DNA from: Trichoplax adhaerens
Lineage: Eukaryota; Animalia; Placozoa
Reading direction: 5' to 3'
DNA: 64,000 nucleotides
NCBI RefSeq assembly: GCF_000150275.1
Contig: NW_002060943.1
Span: forward strand, 1,354,832 to 1,418,831
Within the stretch, counting starts at the first letter, position 1, and each line of letters opens with the position of its first letter. Shown in pieces: positions 1 through 14,522 of this stretch. The translations under genes were made by a program, and so were the position numbers. The notes beneath the pieces were generated by a model. It searched no databases. It saw only the letters and a program-made list of their open reading frames with translations, and was not told where the DNA came from.

Positions 1-1808
1 GCTAGTACCGTAGTAATTGGTAACGTAATCATGACAAGCATAAATTTTCTGCAACTATTCAGCAAGAACTACCAATATACTAATATCTAGTGAATTTCTA
101 ACACAATCTCACAGTACATTTCCATTAATGGTAAATAGTAATTAACAGTAACGTTATCATAACAATAATAGAAGCTTTTCTCATTATTTGACTTGTCAAG
201 ACAACTTTATTGCCGGTGCAGTTGCATCTAAATTATAGGCGTCATTCATTCAGAAGTAAGACGTATTTAAGTTATGTATGCATGCATGCGAGTGCTTTGC
301 AGTGCAATATGATATGCTCTGTAGGCCATTATTGAGTCTTAGAAATGATTAAAGAGGTATTTTCTGTCATTATTTATTCAATTGCAACACCGTACTAAAT
401 AAACATAATTTAAAAATCTGACAGATATACAAGAGAATCAATCATCAGCGTAAATTTGAAAGTATACATAGTCAAGGTATAAACTATGTGAACTCATTAT
501 GATAACATACGTTAAATATTTCAAAGCCAGTAATTTTAGTACAGGATAAGGCTAGCAACAGCCTAAACTCAGCAAATTATTATCCTTCCATATGATATTG
601 AACAAAAGGAAAAAAAAGGAAAATTTAATACCAACGACATTGATTAAGTTCAATTATCAAGACGACATGAGTAAACTGTAAACAGACAAGATATCGCCAT
701 TAATATTAATACCCGCGTGTATTAAAATCTTGATCTTAGTATAAGAAAACCATTATCATTGTTATCTAATTTGAGGAAGAAAAAATGGCATAGCCGCAGT
801 AAAAATATGTTAGAATACCGACGTATGTATCAACATTTAATGGAATCCGGCGGGTTGTCATTTCTTATCAACGCGTACTTTAATACAGTTTGATATTAGA
901 ATTAGCGATTATAGCAGATTTTAACAAGTAAAATGAGCCATTTTGGCGGCTAAGAATAATTAAAGATAAAAATTGAATGAAAATAAATCTTGAGATCATC
1001 TAGTGACTGAAATCTTCTTAAATATTCGTCAAGTTTTACAGTTTGAGCTTAAATTACTGCTATAATTTTACAACCAAAGTGACAGAATTAGCATAAATTA
1101 TAAAGCTCGCATCAGATTAGAAAATGAGAGAGCAAAATTGAAAATCGTTGTCAGTTTGATGAGATCAATCAATCAATGCAATAGTTCGAGAAAAAAATGA
1201 ACCAGAAAACATTCTATCAAAACAGAAATATAGTAAGTTACATTATTTCATTAAAGTAATTGGAAGGTAAATTCAATGATGAACCTTACAATCTCATTCT
1301 ACTAAATCAAATAAAAATTGTTCAGAAGCATATAAGTCAGCATTATGGCTTAACCCGATGATCATGACTATTTCCTATAGCATCAGATCAACTAGTTTAT
1401 GCCATAGGGGATCGAATCATCTTACTTAGGTCAAAAGGTAAGCAAAATGTAAGTTAATAACCGGTAATAATCTTATTTTCTATTGAACTATGTTTAATCA
1501 TCTTCTTATATAGTATCCATTATAAAATAAAATAAATAGTCTATCATCACATAAAATGAACGATGATTTAGCAAACAGACAAAATGAAATAGCATCACCT
1601 TTAATATAATTTTGTAATCCATGGAAAAAAGGAAAGTCAGTTAATGAGATAAAGTCATCCAAATTGCCTGCAAAATGCTGACACAGAAGAGAAACAACCT
1701 TCATTGCCTTGTTTCTTATGCAGCTATCGACGGAAAGAGTTGAGAATAAAAAATCGATCGATAGCAAGAGGAAATGGAGGCGAACCAGCTGCAGTAAATT
1801 CACTGGTT

Positions 1809-2975
1809 TTATTTTCGTTGGCTTGTCTGGCTAACCGATTTACTGTTGGTCAAGTCTTTCATATCTGTCTCCGCAATAACGATAGCTGTTGTCGTTGTTG
1901 TTCTTTCTCGTTGTGAACTATTCTGTACACTCATTTCTCGTACCAAATTTAAATCATGCATTTTACCCCAAAAGATAGGCCGCATGGGTGTCTTACCTAA
2001 GAAATCAAGCAATGCTAATTTCAAGGTAACATTATAATAGGACATTATGAGTGGATTTAAAGCTACATAGAATAAAGCTATCATGCGTAATATAAAGACG
2101 TGGAGTGATGGATCAATTTGAGAAATTGTCATGCCCCAATATTGCTGACTAGCTATAATTGATTGATGTAGTAATGCGATAATATAGGGCAAGACAAATA
2201 CGACATAAATACATAAAAGGTATAAGTTATTACGATAATCCCGATAATATCGTTTGAATCGTGTCAACGATAATGATTTACTACGATAGTAACGCAAACC
2301 GCGTCCACATTTAAAGACTAAACCAACTTTGACGGAAGTGACAAGTAATATCATTAAGGGTAGAAAGTAGAGAAATAGAGTGACCAACGCCAAATAAATT
2401 ATGAAATATACAATTTGAAGAGGGGGTAGACTACATCGTTGGACGTCAATAGAACCAGAAATAGCAATAGGTAAAATTGAAATAAAAACAGCAATCAACC
2501 ATATCACTAATAAAATAATTAAGTAGTGCTTATAACGGCTTGAATACAAGCGATATTTCAATGGTGATACAACAGCAGAATATTTCTCAAAGCTAATAGC
2601 AAATAGATGTAAATTGAGACACATGATAAAGGCAATTTCAAATAGGCTGAAGATGGAGCAAATCCAAGTTACTGGAAAATAATAGCGTAGAATTTGTTGT
2701 GGTAGAATGTATAATATTGAATAAATGATACTGGATATAAACATACTGCATAATATTAATGATGTGGGCATCCACATACGTTTGCTAATAGCAATAATTA
2801 GTAACATGGTAGTATTGGTTAAGAAGATAAAACAGCTTAAACAGCCCCATAAAATAACCTCTGCTAAGTTAAAGTTTGGCCCTGCAGCCATAGTTGCTGG
2901 CTGAGTTGTATCATTATAATCCAAGCTATAAAGGTCCATACTGGTTGCCTCAATGGCTTCTGTCTCCATTTCCAT
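1809..2975 (-). CDS. Single-exon rhodopsin-like (class A) orphan GPCR, 388 aa
   Basis: Intact ORF with seven hydrophobic segments. N-glycosylation sequon NDT in the N-terminus, TM1 Asn (FLTNTTM), Cys at top of TM3 (WICS) and in ECL2 (QRCS), TM3 end FEKYSAVVSPLKY, TM4 Trp (IWLIA), TM5 YFLP, TM6 VLPY, TM7 LNPLIMSYY. Confidence 0.92.
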   Translation of the reverse strand: MEMETEAIEATSMDLYSLDYNDTTQPATMAAGPNFNLAEVILWGCLSCFIFLTNTTMLLIIAISKRMWMPTSLILCSMFISSIIYSILYILPQQILRYYFPVTWICSIFSLFEIAFIMCLNLHLFAISFEKYSAVVSPLKYRLYSSRYKHYLIILLVIWLIAVFISILPIAISGSIDVQRCSLPPLQIVYFIIYLALVTLFLYFLPLMILLVTSVKVGLVFKCGRGLRYYRSKSLSLTRFKRYYRDYRNNLYLLCIYVVFVLPYIIALLHQSIIASQQYWGMTISQIDPSLHVFILRMIALFYVALNPLIMSYYNVTLKLALLDFLGKTPMRPIFWGKMHDLNLVREMSVQNSSQRERTTTTTAIVIAETDMKDLTNSKSVSQTSQRK

Positions 2976-5900
2976 TTCTTCAATACTTGTACTAGAATTT
3001 AGTGGCGAATATATCAGATTAGCACTTTATAATCATTTAAAGAAAAGCTCTTAAATCTCCTTAATTTTACAATATGCTCGACTTTAAGGATTGCTTTTGT
3101 AGATAAACCCTTTAATGCTGCCTGATAAAGGTTAAAATCGTTTCGTATTGCTAAACGCTGAACTTTAGTACTGGATCGATGGAGACTACTACTTTAATGA
3201 TAATGAAACATAGCTTATCGTTATTCCATATAAAGTTGATAGTTTTTGCTCGAAGTTAAAGATTGGGCTCAATCTTTTTAGTAGAATAAGTTGAGTGATG
3301 AATATGAGAATAAAACTGTCCAGGCAAGATTTTATTTTAAAATTTTCCCTTTCATTAATAGTAGACAGGAAGAAACACAGCCGATATAACTTCTTTTAAC
3401 TTATTCAGCGCTATTTAACCAAGCGGTGGGAAAAATTTCCTTGAAAATGAATACTAAATAAACAAAGTTGAAGTAGAAGTAACTTGAAAGGAAAGATTAA
3501 GAAGGAAAAGACCTTGGAATGGAATAAGAATTGAATTAAAGAAGATTGAATAATTATCAGCAAGAATAAAGTACGCCAGATGTTAAATACGAATAGAAGG
3601 GGCAGCAATGAAGAAAAATTACTCGCTCAACTTGGCTGTTAAGGATAGCAATAAGGTTTTAATTTATAACCTTGATTTGTATTCGATATGACGAAATTTA
3701 GTTGCAAATGTCGACTATAATTAATAATCTTCAATGACAAAGGCTGAAGTTGTTAACTAATATGAGAAATGGTTTAAAGATTTTATTAGATAATTTCAAC
3801 TTGCACACTTTGATTCATTAATTCAAAAGGTAAAGCGAGGCAATATTCTACTAGAACAGGAAAAATTTTTTGTACTTAAAGCCTTAAAAAATGGAGATAA
3901 TCTTGCTTTGCGTTAGGAACAGTCTGGATAATTACCGTACTGCTGGATAACACCCGAAAATGCCAACACTAATTGGATGTGAGTTAATTAGAATAATCTT
4001 AAATAAATATGCTGGCAGATAACTAGAAAAATGTTCTAGTTAGTAATTTTGCAATTCAAATGAAAATTTACAACTCAAATGAAATAAAACTATGAAGTAT
4101 CTCATGTACGAGCTTTCATTTTAGTGTCCTTTAATTTAGCATAGGCCGAGTATATTAAGAAAGTGAAATCCACTATACCATCAATTTTAGTCAGAGATTC
4201 CAGCCATACCTTCCAATTACCAAATAAATTCCAAGAATGATAGATTTAGTTGTGTTTGAGCAGTAGGTTTTTCTATTCTCGAGAATAGAATGAATGAAGA
4301 TGAACAGCTAGGCTTGATAAAAATACCGCAATGTAGAAAATCGGCAAATATAAGTTCTTTTTGATTTCATCCAGTTCTCTTCAAAGTAGACCTAGGATAA
4401 CAAATAATGAAAGTCTTCCTTTAATGATACCGTTAACCTACAATAATTAACTGAAGCCAAGAAGAAAAATGTTTCAACTTTGCCAATTTACTGAAAAAAA
4501 TTCCTATTACAGGGAAGAAAAAGAAAGAAAGAAATGAATGGAAGCTGATAGGTTCTATTAAATTAGACAATTCTCAATATGGCCTATACGATGCTTATTA
4601 TAGGACAAGCCATCTTTTGAATTAAATTTAGGGGCTTTTTGTCCTTTTACTCCGGTAGTTATTATTTCAGTTTCAAGACACACAATGCAAAATAATAAAT
4701 AATTCATAGCGTAGGTTTTATTTCTATCATCAGGCTACGGTCGTCATTTTAATTAAATATGATTAAAGATATTAATTAAAGGAGCCGATGTAGGATAATA
4801 GACGACTAGCGATAGAAGATGAATTTGACCGGGAATAAGAAAAACATCAATCTATCACCCTACACAATTAACATTTTTAGTCCTATCCAGTATAAATAGA
4901 GATAATCTAGCGCGACTATATATATTTTTTCTTTCATGCATTATTGTATGGAATTTTATTCATTTTGCTCGATTAAAACAGGCTGAATGCTAAAATCTTT
5001 AGTGAAACATCAAGATTAGATGAAAATGAAAGAACAGTAAAGTACATGACAGTTGTACTACTACATGGTATTTCAACAGGAAGATCACAATCTTGCATTA
5101 TTAGATAATATTAATTTAAGAGTTAGATAAAAGCTTTAAAATGAAAGTGGATAGTAAAAATACCTTCAAACCATAGGGTAAAAAATAATTTGGATACTGG
5201 TCTTACTGGGATAAATTATTGATTCTGCTAAGGTTCAACCTCTTTGATAACTCAGCAAAAAGCAATATAGGTTTGTTGCTGATGATATTACTGTATCCAA
5301 TAACTAAGATCGTAGGGGGAAAACTGATTGCAGCTGTCGAATAAATTAGTCACTACTCGAGCATTCACTGTCTTAGATCATGGACTAATTTTTGCTTTCA
5401 TGCTATCTTTATGGCTTAGAAGAGGCAAGACTAGCATGTTATTGGTGACATTGTAATATCCAATGGCAAATAATAAAGCTCAATAAATTGATACTAGCAA
5501 TGCAATGGATTACAAATTATATCAGTATTAGTTTTAACTAGATAATTTATTGACTCTACTATCATGAAATCATTGTTATTTTAGTAATGCCATACTAACT
5601 TGTTTTTGATACTATTGCAATATTAAGCAACTAAGAGTAAATGTTGATAAATTGATAGGCAACTGTTTCAACTTGAATTCATTATCATTTACACAATCTT
5701 GCGCCACAATGTTAATCTTTAAAGACGATGATTCATCCTTGATGATTGTGACTAAATCTCAGTAAATGAATAGCCGATAACTAAAAATTGCCATGTGCAT
5801 CATATAGAGAAAATAATTTCTTATCACTGATCTATTAGCAGCATCTGGTAGAAAAATCAAACACATTCGGCGTTGGTTCTACGTATGAATGATGAATATT

Positions 5901-7892
5901 GTCAACTTTCATGAATTAAAGATGACTGTTAATAATAGCAAAATAATACTAAAATTTCATCTATTGAAATAATATCAGTTTTCTTATATGTTTTGGAGAT
6001 ATTTACCTATTTCCATCAATAGCAACAGCAAGAATAATATAATTACATGATGGAAATAGTTAACGAACACCTTGAGTTGGCAATAAAATAATTATTGTAT
6101 TATTATGACTTAATACGTTAGTTGAATATTGAAACAACGACGTCATTCTATTAATTTTACACGGATATTATTATTTCACTGAATAGTAAGATAGGAAATT
6201 CTATAGATATTATCAAGCTAATATTAGCTTTTTATTTTATCAAGTACAAGAATAACAAGATATTATTGTTACAAGGAATATTGCAATACAATAGAAACTA
6301 TTCAATTATAACAGATAAGTAGTGATGAATTCATTGATATGAAGATTAATATTGACATGAAAACGTTAGAATAGATAACAAAAAGAATAATTTATTGAAT
6401 TGATTAATAATAGGAACTCATGTGTTTCTATTCCTTTCATCATCTTACTCTTCTATTAATTTTCTAAGCTATTTCAATCTTTAATTTGATTAAATTCGAC
6501 AGTAACAATGATACAATAAGAATATTACCAAAAAAATAGATGAATTATCCTTGATAATTTTCATTTTTCTCCAAAAATAACCGTTATATAAATAGCTTGC
6601 GATAATTAGATGATGAAAACACCTTAAATTTAATCATTATTGATGACTTTTTATTCTATATCTAGTAAATAAGAATGAAAGTGATGGAAAATAAAAATAC
6701 TAAATTGTATCAAGGCTATCCGCATACATCTTAATAACACAGTACTAGATCGAGTACATCGATTGAAGGATTATTCCACCTATTCAAACTCTTTACCGCG
6801 TAGAATATAACTGCAAAGATTACTGCTTTTGCAATCTTTCAATACTTAATTGTAGATTTTCAGATTGAAGAAGAAGCCTGATCGTAGTAACGTATTATAG
6901 GCTTGTTTATTCAAGATAATTCTAGTATCATCATAATTTTTAGTTTCATAAAATACTGTATCGTCCAATTCCATCAACTCAGAGTATATTTCTGCGGTAT
7001 ATATGTTCACATATATATCATAAATCATAATGATGAAATCAATAACGATTCTTTATAAATAATTTTAAGTTCCTGCCTAAAGGACTTATCATGATGATGA
7101 AAAACTAGCTTGAGATACTTTAGATGATTATATTATAATCTAATATCCAGATCTATATTTTAGAATGCTCAGGATGTCAATGACAGAACAACGACATAAG
7201 CCAAAAAATGATTTTATAATCAGCATTACTATGATGACATGTAGATTTACATAACGAAGTTATATTCTATAAAATTATGATGGCATAATAATACAAAATC
7301 AAAATTGATTTACTATAGCTATTGATAAAAAAGTGAAGAGGAAACAGTAACTAATACAAATTTTGAAGAGAATTATAATATTAATTTTCCAAAATGACAA
7401 AAGGTGCGATTTCTTGCTAGTAATAAAAGTGTCTATTCGGCTTTTCATTGCATTAAATGGTAATTTAAATTATCAATTGAGGTTGAAGCAGAGCTTATCC
7501 ATCAGTTCAAGACTTTCATTAACTTAATATGCCGTAATGTTTAATGAAAGTAAGTATAACTATAATATATCAAATGATTAGATATCTTTTAATATATGTT
7601 AATGGGTTCTGCCGTTATTAGAAAAAACTGCAATATTTCGATATTATCTGTTAATGTAGCTAGGATAATTGAATTTTTTCGTCTTGTAATTATTGAAAGT
7701 ATAAATTTAGAATTAATAGAATAGCTGTGAGATGCTGCTTTCTATGTATATTCGGTATCAGCATTCCACTAACTACCATAAAAGAGTAGAATTTGTAGCC
7801 ATTTGTAAGATCCCTGCAGCATTGCTTAGAACTTTAAGAATTTCGAGATAACTTTAGGTATCATATTAGTGCTTACTTTAATAGGCTGTCCT

Positions 7893-8240
7893 CTAATCTT
7901 AACTCATTATCCTCTTATTTGTATATATCAGGTAAGGGCTACAGTATTCATCATTAGACAGATTCATTATTATACAGATTCATCAGTACAGTGTTATTGA
8001 AAGGTATTTTATTAAGACTTTAAAGTAAAACTTGTACAACGGTTCATGATTCGATCTAATCATACAAACGCTATCGTCTAATCTTAACTTTTCATCCTCA
8101 TACTAGTAAGAGTATATCATAGGTAAGTGTTTAAGTATTCATCATTATTCAGATTCGTTAATACACTTTTCTTAATAGATGCTTTATTAAAATTTTTGAA
8201 AAGTAATTTATCTAACTATTCATGATTCGATCTAAATGAT
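7893..8240. repeat. Degenerate tandem duplication, 2 x ~185 bp
   Basis: ctaatcttaact...aggtaag...gtattcatcatta...cagattc...ttcatgattcgatctaa occurs at ~7893 and again at ~8079. Confidence 0.8.
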
Positions 8241-11200
8241 ACGGACCACATAATCTGGAAAAATAATCATGCTCAATGTTAGCTCTATTGCAACTGAAAC
8301 TGTACCTGGCTCTATTCACTAAAATTTATAAGATTCATCAGAATATCTCTCAATGGGGGTGAGTTTCTTTGAAAAAGCCATCTATTATTCGTTATTGTTA
8401 TTCGCTATCGATGATTACCATTTGAAATTGTATACTTACTTTTATGAAAGTTATGAAAGAAATAGACACATAGCATTAAACTGTTCAAACTTTTGTCCCT
8501 CTAAACTAAGAGAAAAGACCGCTGCTACTAACTCTGTTAATGGAATAGTTAAAACTAACCTAATTGACCTCCGAATAAATTTTTCAATAGAATTAGATTT
8601 GAATAGCGCACGTTAATCAGCTACAAAGCTATTGTAATGGTTATATCATAAACCTTAGTGCATGCAGTAGATAAATTAGGCTGGTTGCAGGGTTACGGCA
8701 ACCCATTTATTCTTTTAGGAAGACTATCTTTAATTTATGATCACTATCCATTAATTTCACAGTATACTCAAAAGAACTAGCTAGAGGCAACAATTCAATA
8801 TCGTATAAAATTGGATAGTCCTAGAAATAAGGTTAAAATTTCAGCCTATAATAACCGACGACAATTCAGTAAATATTCATTTTGAATATTTTGAACGAGC
8901 TAATCAGTGGTATATTTTAGGTTTATGCGCAGGTCATATTCTAGAGATAAAAGCAAAATGGTTTCCTTTTTTCCCTAGGGTCATATGAAGTTTAATTCTG
9001 AATAAAGAGCTGCAATATGGCTACAATTAATGTAATGAATAAATGCATATCTATAATTCGCCTTTAGACTTATTGACCTAAGAATCAGCTACTGATTTAT
9101 AAAATTCCTTCGTCTATATATTTATATATTAATATCAGTTTATCATGTAATATTAGCACGATTGTTATTGAAATAAATTATTTAATAAGTTGAAGGTTAG
9201 TATTGTCGGATGATGTCATTACTTTTATACAGAAGCTTTCTGCAGAAAAGAAATTACGTATTACAATATTCGTTTGTAAATTCATAAGTAATTGAGCATA
9301 TTCTGCACCGGGAATGAAATCCAAGCATCCTATTCGTATTATAATGATCCATTTAACACTTACGCATTTATTATAGGTTTAACGATAGAAATTTTGGAGA
9401 CTATTTCCATTTAGACTTAGCAGAAAGTATAATTAATCACTATTACGTAAGTTATGGTGAGGGACGAAGTTAGCCAGTAAAAGGATAAGTATTAATTATT
9501 TGTAATAATCTGCAATTCAGGTCAAAATGATAGTTTATTCCTCCCCTACAGCATAATCATTTCGCCCTAAAAGCACATTATGGCGACCACGATAAAGTTT
9601 TATGACTTACGTACTTTAATTGATAATTAATTATTCGGTGCTACTTAAACTTTATGTTGGCCTTTCAGATTAGACTTTGAACTATTGATATCTTGTAGTG
9701 GATCTAGAAGTATAAGATAGATAAGCAGATCCATGACCTTCACCAGATTTTAGTGCATATTTCTATCGTTTAAATTATTTATAGCTTGATAGACTCAGAG
9801 GGAGCTTTTAATTGTTACCCTTCAGCCTTTTTGACGATAGTGATGAATGATAAAGTCCACTAATGACGTTATCGGTCCTATATAATTTCATTAAAGAGGT
9901 TAAAATACCGGATATAGGTTCATATTTCTTTCAACTCTCCTAAAATTTATTATTATAGCATAAGATCATTATGGTACTAGGTTCTTAAAGATTTTTAATA
10001 CTGGTGTTACATAGACAATGCCAACTCATACTGTATGCATTGCCATAAATGATCCCATTCGTTATTATTACAGCAATTGCAGAGTTATAATCTGCTAACA
10101 ATGTTATTATATTTATATCTAGATCAACTTTCTTGACCTAACACTGTGTAGTCAAAGTTTTCACGTGATGGTAATCTGTCGCAGTCATTAAAATAACTTA
10201 TCTAAGAACTCATAGTTCAATAAGATAATAATTTATTTTAAACTTTTCATAAGTATAAAGTACCACTAGTCAAGATAAATTATGTATGAGATTGTCCTTA
10301 ATTTTCAATATCTATATAATATCTTAACCTAAATAATGCTTTTGTTACTAAAATATACTTATAGCGTAGCAAACATATTTAAACACCTGATAGAGTATAT
10401 AAGTAGGATGATAATCAATAAAAAGTGTTACACATGCTATGCTGTGCTGTGTCTTTCAATGTGCACTTCGTAAAGATTCCAGCTACCCTAGGCTAGAGAA
10501 GTAGTCTATGGACTAAAGTAAATTTACTATATATACCGAATTGTTTCCGTATATCACAAGGGCAGTTATTGCGTAATCGCTGTGCAATTATGGCTGCATA
10601 AGACTAGACAATTTTACCAAATTCTTTTAAACTATCGATTGGTTTGAAGGTTGTTTATGTATATTAGTGTTTTTACTTCAGGTTTAAGCTGTGCAACTAT
10701 TACATTAATCACACGAGATTCAAAAATTGTGAAAGCGTTGAATAGCTAAAAATCATATGCACAATCGAAAAATATAGATGTTATTAGGCTCATGTTATAA
10801 TCCAAATATATACGCGTATTATTATTTGTAGTGTATTTAGAATATCCTGTAACTATATTCTACTTTTAAATATAGGCATGTTGTATTGCTCTTATATTTA
10901 GACATATCTACAGTCTGCTTACTTCACATTCATATATAAGCTACTGTATTTAGTTATTACAGTACTCGCTGTTTGCTACAATCACCAGCTATGTTGTAAC
11001 CTGTCATGGTATATGTTGTATCTAATTCTACAATCCTATTCTCTGCATGTGCTCTATCTTATAAATACCGCCGTTTTCCACCTCAGAAATCGTTAGTTTC
11101 CAGGTTAGTCTTCACACGTTACTCACGACAGCTTGAACGCTAGTCTACCGTAACTACCTCGCTGTACTTTACTACTTAAAATAAAGTATAACTTTTATAC

Positions 11201-14019
11201 AACTTTTGGTGTACTAATTGTAAATGGCAACTTAATCTCAATCCTCCGAGATATTGAACGCTCCATCACAATTATGTTCAGATCTATGATATTACCATCG
11301 GAAATGATTTTGATTGCATAAGTACTGTGCATTTCGCATACCAAACCAGCTTCATAATAGTCTATGGATTAAGGCTTGATATGGCAGCAGATACAATCGC
11401 AGTATCAGTTATTTTTTACATTTAAGCTTAATATTATATTACATAATTGTACAGCGGAACTGTTTTGTTCATAGTTAATACTATATTAGATCAATGGTAA
11501 GCCATTAGATGTAGCTTAATATGACAGAATCGTAATAATAGCGTAGATTACATTAATTTATTTGAACTAGTGCTGAATTTATGAATGTGTCGTAGCAATA
11601 GATTGACTATGGTTTGGCATAGTTCAAGTCTACATATTCGAAAATTAATTAACTGATAAGTATTTCTATAATCCGAACATTTCATGGCGAATAGAATACA
11701 TTACGGCTTCAATATGCAGAATATATCAGGATAATTGATTTACAAGGTAGTACAGTAAGAAATGTACTACAGATATCTTGGTCAATTATTTTTTAAATAT
11801 CTTATGTTTTAATACATCGGAGCTGCATTTTGCTTTTTAAATTGAACGATTTAAACATTTTGGCCTATGTTAAGATTATCATAGTGCTCGATTCTACCTT
11901 TTCTGGTGTCAGCAATTTTAAATTCTAGCTACTTCATATGATTCATATGTCATAATATAGCAAAGTTCAGATCCAGTCGTTCACGATCTATTTATCATAT
12001 ATGCATGAAATTTCTTGCAATATGATATTCTATCAAATAAATTCATTCCCATCTCTAATATAATTAATGTTATAACCATCCCGAATATCCAACATCTTTG
12101 TCCAAGTCACAGTGTCTTTCTAAGATCTTGTGAATTTTTCAGAATATTGCATTTTGGCAAACATATTCGATTTGATAAGAATAATATTCTTTGATTGGAC
12201 TTTAGACTATATTCACTGTTTGATTGCTTAGACACTCTCTTTTAGATCCTTTTTTGGTGAACTCTTAATAAAGAATTGGATGCGAAGTTTAATGTAAGTT
12301 ATTCTATAGGGGTGCAATTGCGACTGATAGTAACGGAAATTGATTGTTGATATATAGGAAGGAAGATATGAAAGGAAACAGGATACAGATAAAGCAAATT
12401 TACAATCTTTTATCTTTATTAATGCCGATGATGATATTCGGAAATCATTTGTTTCCCTGTATACTAACATCTTCGCTATCGTTATCAAGTGTCGGAATTC
12501 ACGTGCTTACAACTATAAAAATAAGTTAGAACAATACAAATCTATAGCAATGATTTTCTCTTAACTTTCACACTCTATCCTACTAGAAAATGACTAAAAC
12601 TCTTAATTATACGTAATACAGATATTGTGGTCAATCCTTTTAATAGATGACTATTACTATACAGTATTTGAATCTTTTTATAAGAGCAAGATAGTGAATA
12701 AGCTGAGAAGAAAACTTATGAATATTTAATGATTAATTACTCTTAATTTAAAGAACTGTTTTATTTTCATGTTCTGTGTGTATTTATTGCAATGAAAGGA
12801 ATTTGAAAAGCTCAATAAAGACTCAATGGCAGCTATCCTTCGCTTTTGATCAATATGTAATATGCCAATTCATGCGAAATTTAAGTGCTTTCAGATTAAA
12901 TTACTGTCCTTAAAATTCCTGTCGTTAAGACAAATGGCATACTTATTTCAAGACAGCATCTACACTTAATTTCATCCACGGTTTTTAACTGTTCGGCATA
13001 AGTTATTTAAATCGCAAAATTAAAACTTAAAATACTTTATTATCAATAAAATATATTCAGCCATTTCCGATGATCTAGCTCATAATAAACGAATTTTCAA
13101 TCTGAATAAAACATGATATAGGCTTATGCAGTTGAAGAAAATGATTTTTGTACGCTAATTTCTTGATATGGCCATCGAGTATTGTTTATTAAGTTTATTT
13201 TATAACAAGATCTTACGGAAAACGTTTTTTAAATACCTTCCTTCGACTTAATTTATAATAAATAAATCCCATAAAGTCAAAGATCAAATACCATGCAGGA
13301 ACTGGAAGGGTTAAATAAAGCGATTTCAAGCAATTTCCGCCAGTTTATTTACAGTAAAACATATAAGTATTAATTTCAATAGCTGAATTTCAATATATAC
13401 AATTTCATTGTTGATCGCGACAAGTCTAATAGTAGACAGTTTAAACTAAAATTATTTTCTCGTATTTCCTGATAACTATGTTGGTTGGATTTAAATTTTT
13501 GGCTAGCTTGCATAGTCTAAAACAATTATTCTATGAGTCTGCTAGTAAATAGTATAGACTAGAATAGCGCCTATTATTCGATGATGATACTCAGAGTATA
13601 TTAATTTTTGGCTAGCTCATAAAATCTCAACTACTCGTATTTATTCACTAAGAAAGAAATTTTCCTCAAATTACTGATACTGTGGTAGTAGCAGGCATGA
13701 AATAAAGTAGCAGCCGTTTTTCAGATGATTGTCCATATTGAAGGAATATCAATATTTAGTCATCATTTCTAACAGTTTATAGAAACCCTGGTCGAACATT
13801 ATTTTTTTAACTAAATTAAGACAGCGATTAATACAAATTATCTAGTGGGATAGCTAAAAATTACTGTAATTGTTTAACAAGTTAATGATGTTTACCATCT
13901 TGAGAAAAAGTAATGAATAGATTGGGTCCATTTTTCATCTCTAAATCGCCCTAAAATTCAAGCTAATTTATTCAGTACTAAATGAAACACGCAAAGGACG
14001 GTATTAAAAAGTTCTTAAG

Positions 14020-14522
14020 ACTCTTTTTAAAGCCTGATCTTGTTATAGTTTAATGTTAATTATGTACAAAGTAGAAATTTTAAAATTTCTGTATTTTGCA
14101 ATTTATCACTAATAAGCTTTCAGTATCCTTTTAAAGCCTACTCTCATCACATTTTGATATTAAACACAATGTTAGAAATTTTCAATGTTCTACTTTTTTA
14201 CTATTTGTCATTAATAAGCTCTCAGTCTGTTTTTAAAGCCTGCACCCATCTTATTTCAATATTAATTGAAGATATGATAAAATTTTGTGAAATTTTCTCT
14301 TTTTTTTATTTGTCACTAAGAAGCTCTCAGTCTTATTTTAAAACCTGCTTCATCATATTTTGATATTAGTTAAACACATAATAGAAATTTTTAAACTTTT
14401 CTGCATTTTGCTTTAGTCACTAGTAATCTCTCAGTCTTCTCTAAAGCCCACTGTCAATAAGTTTCGATATTAAACACATGGCAGAAATTTTAAAATTTCC
14501 TGCTTTCTCCTATTTGTCACTG
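14020..14522. repeat. Degenerate tandem repeat, ~5 x ~103 bp
   Basis: Recurring agaaatttt...ttgtcactaataagctctcagtc...taaagcct...gatattaaacac, with units starting near 14073, 14174, 14280, 14383 and 14483. Confidence 0.85.

Noticed and set aside
1498-2037. Short ORFs overlapping the GPCR 3' end
   Set aside because: Antisense or UTR ORFs with no domain features.
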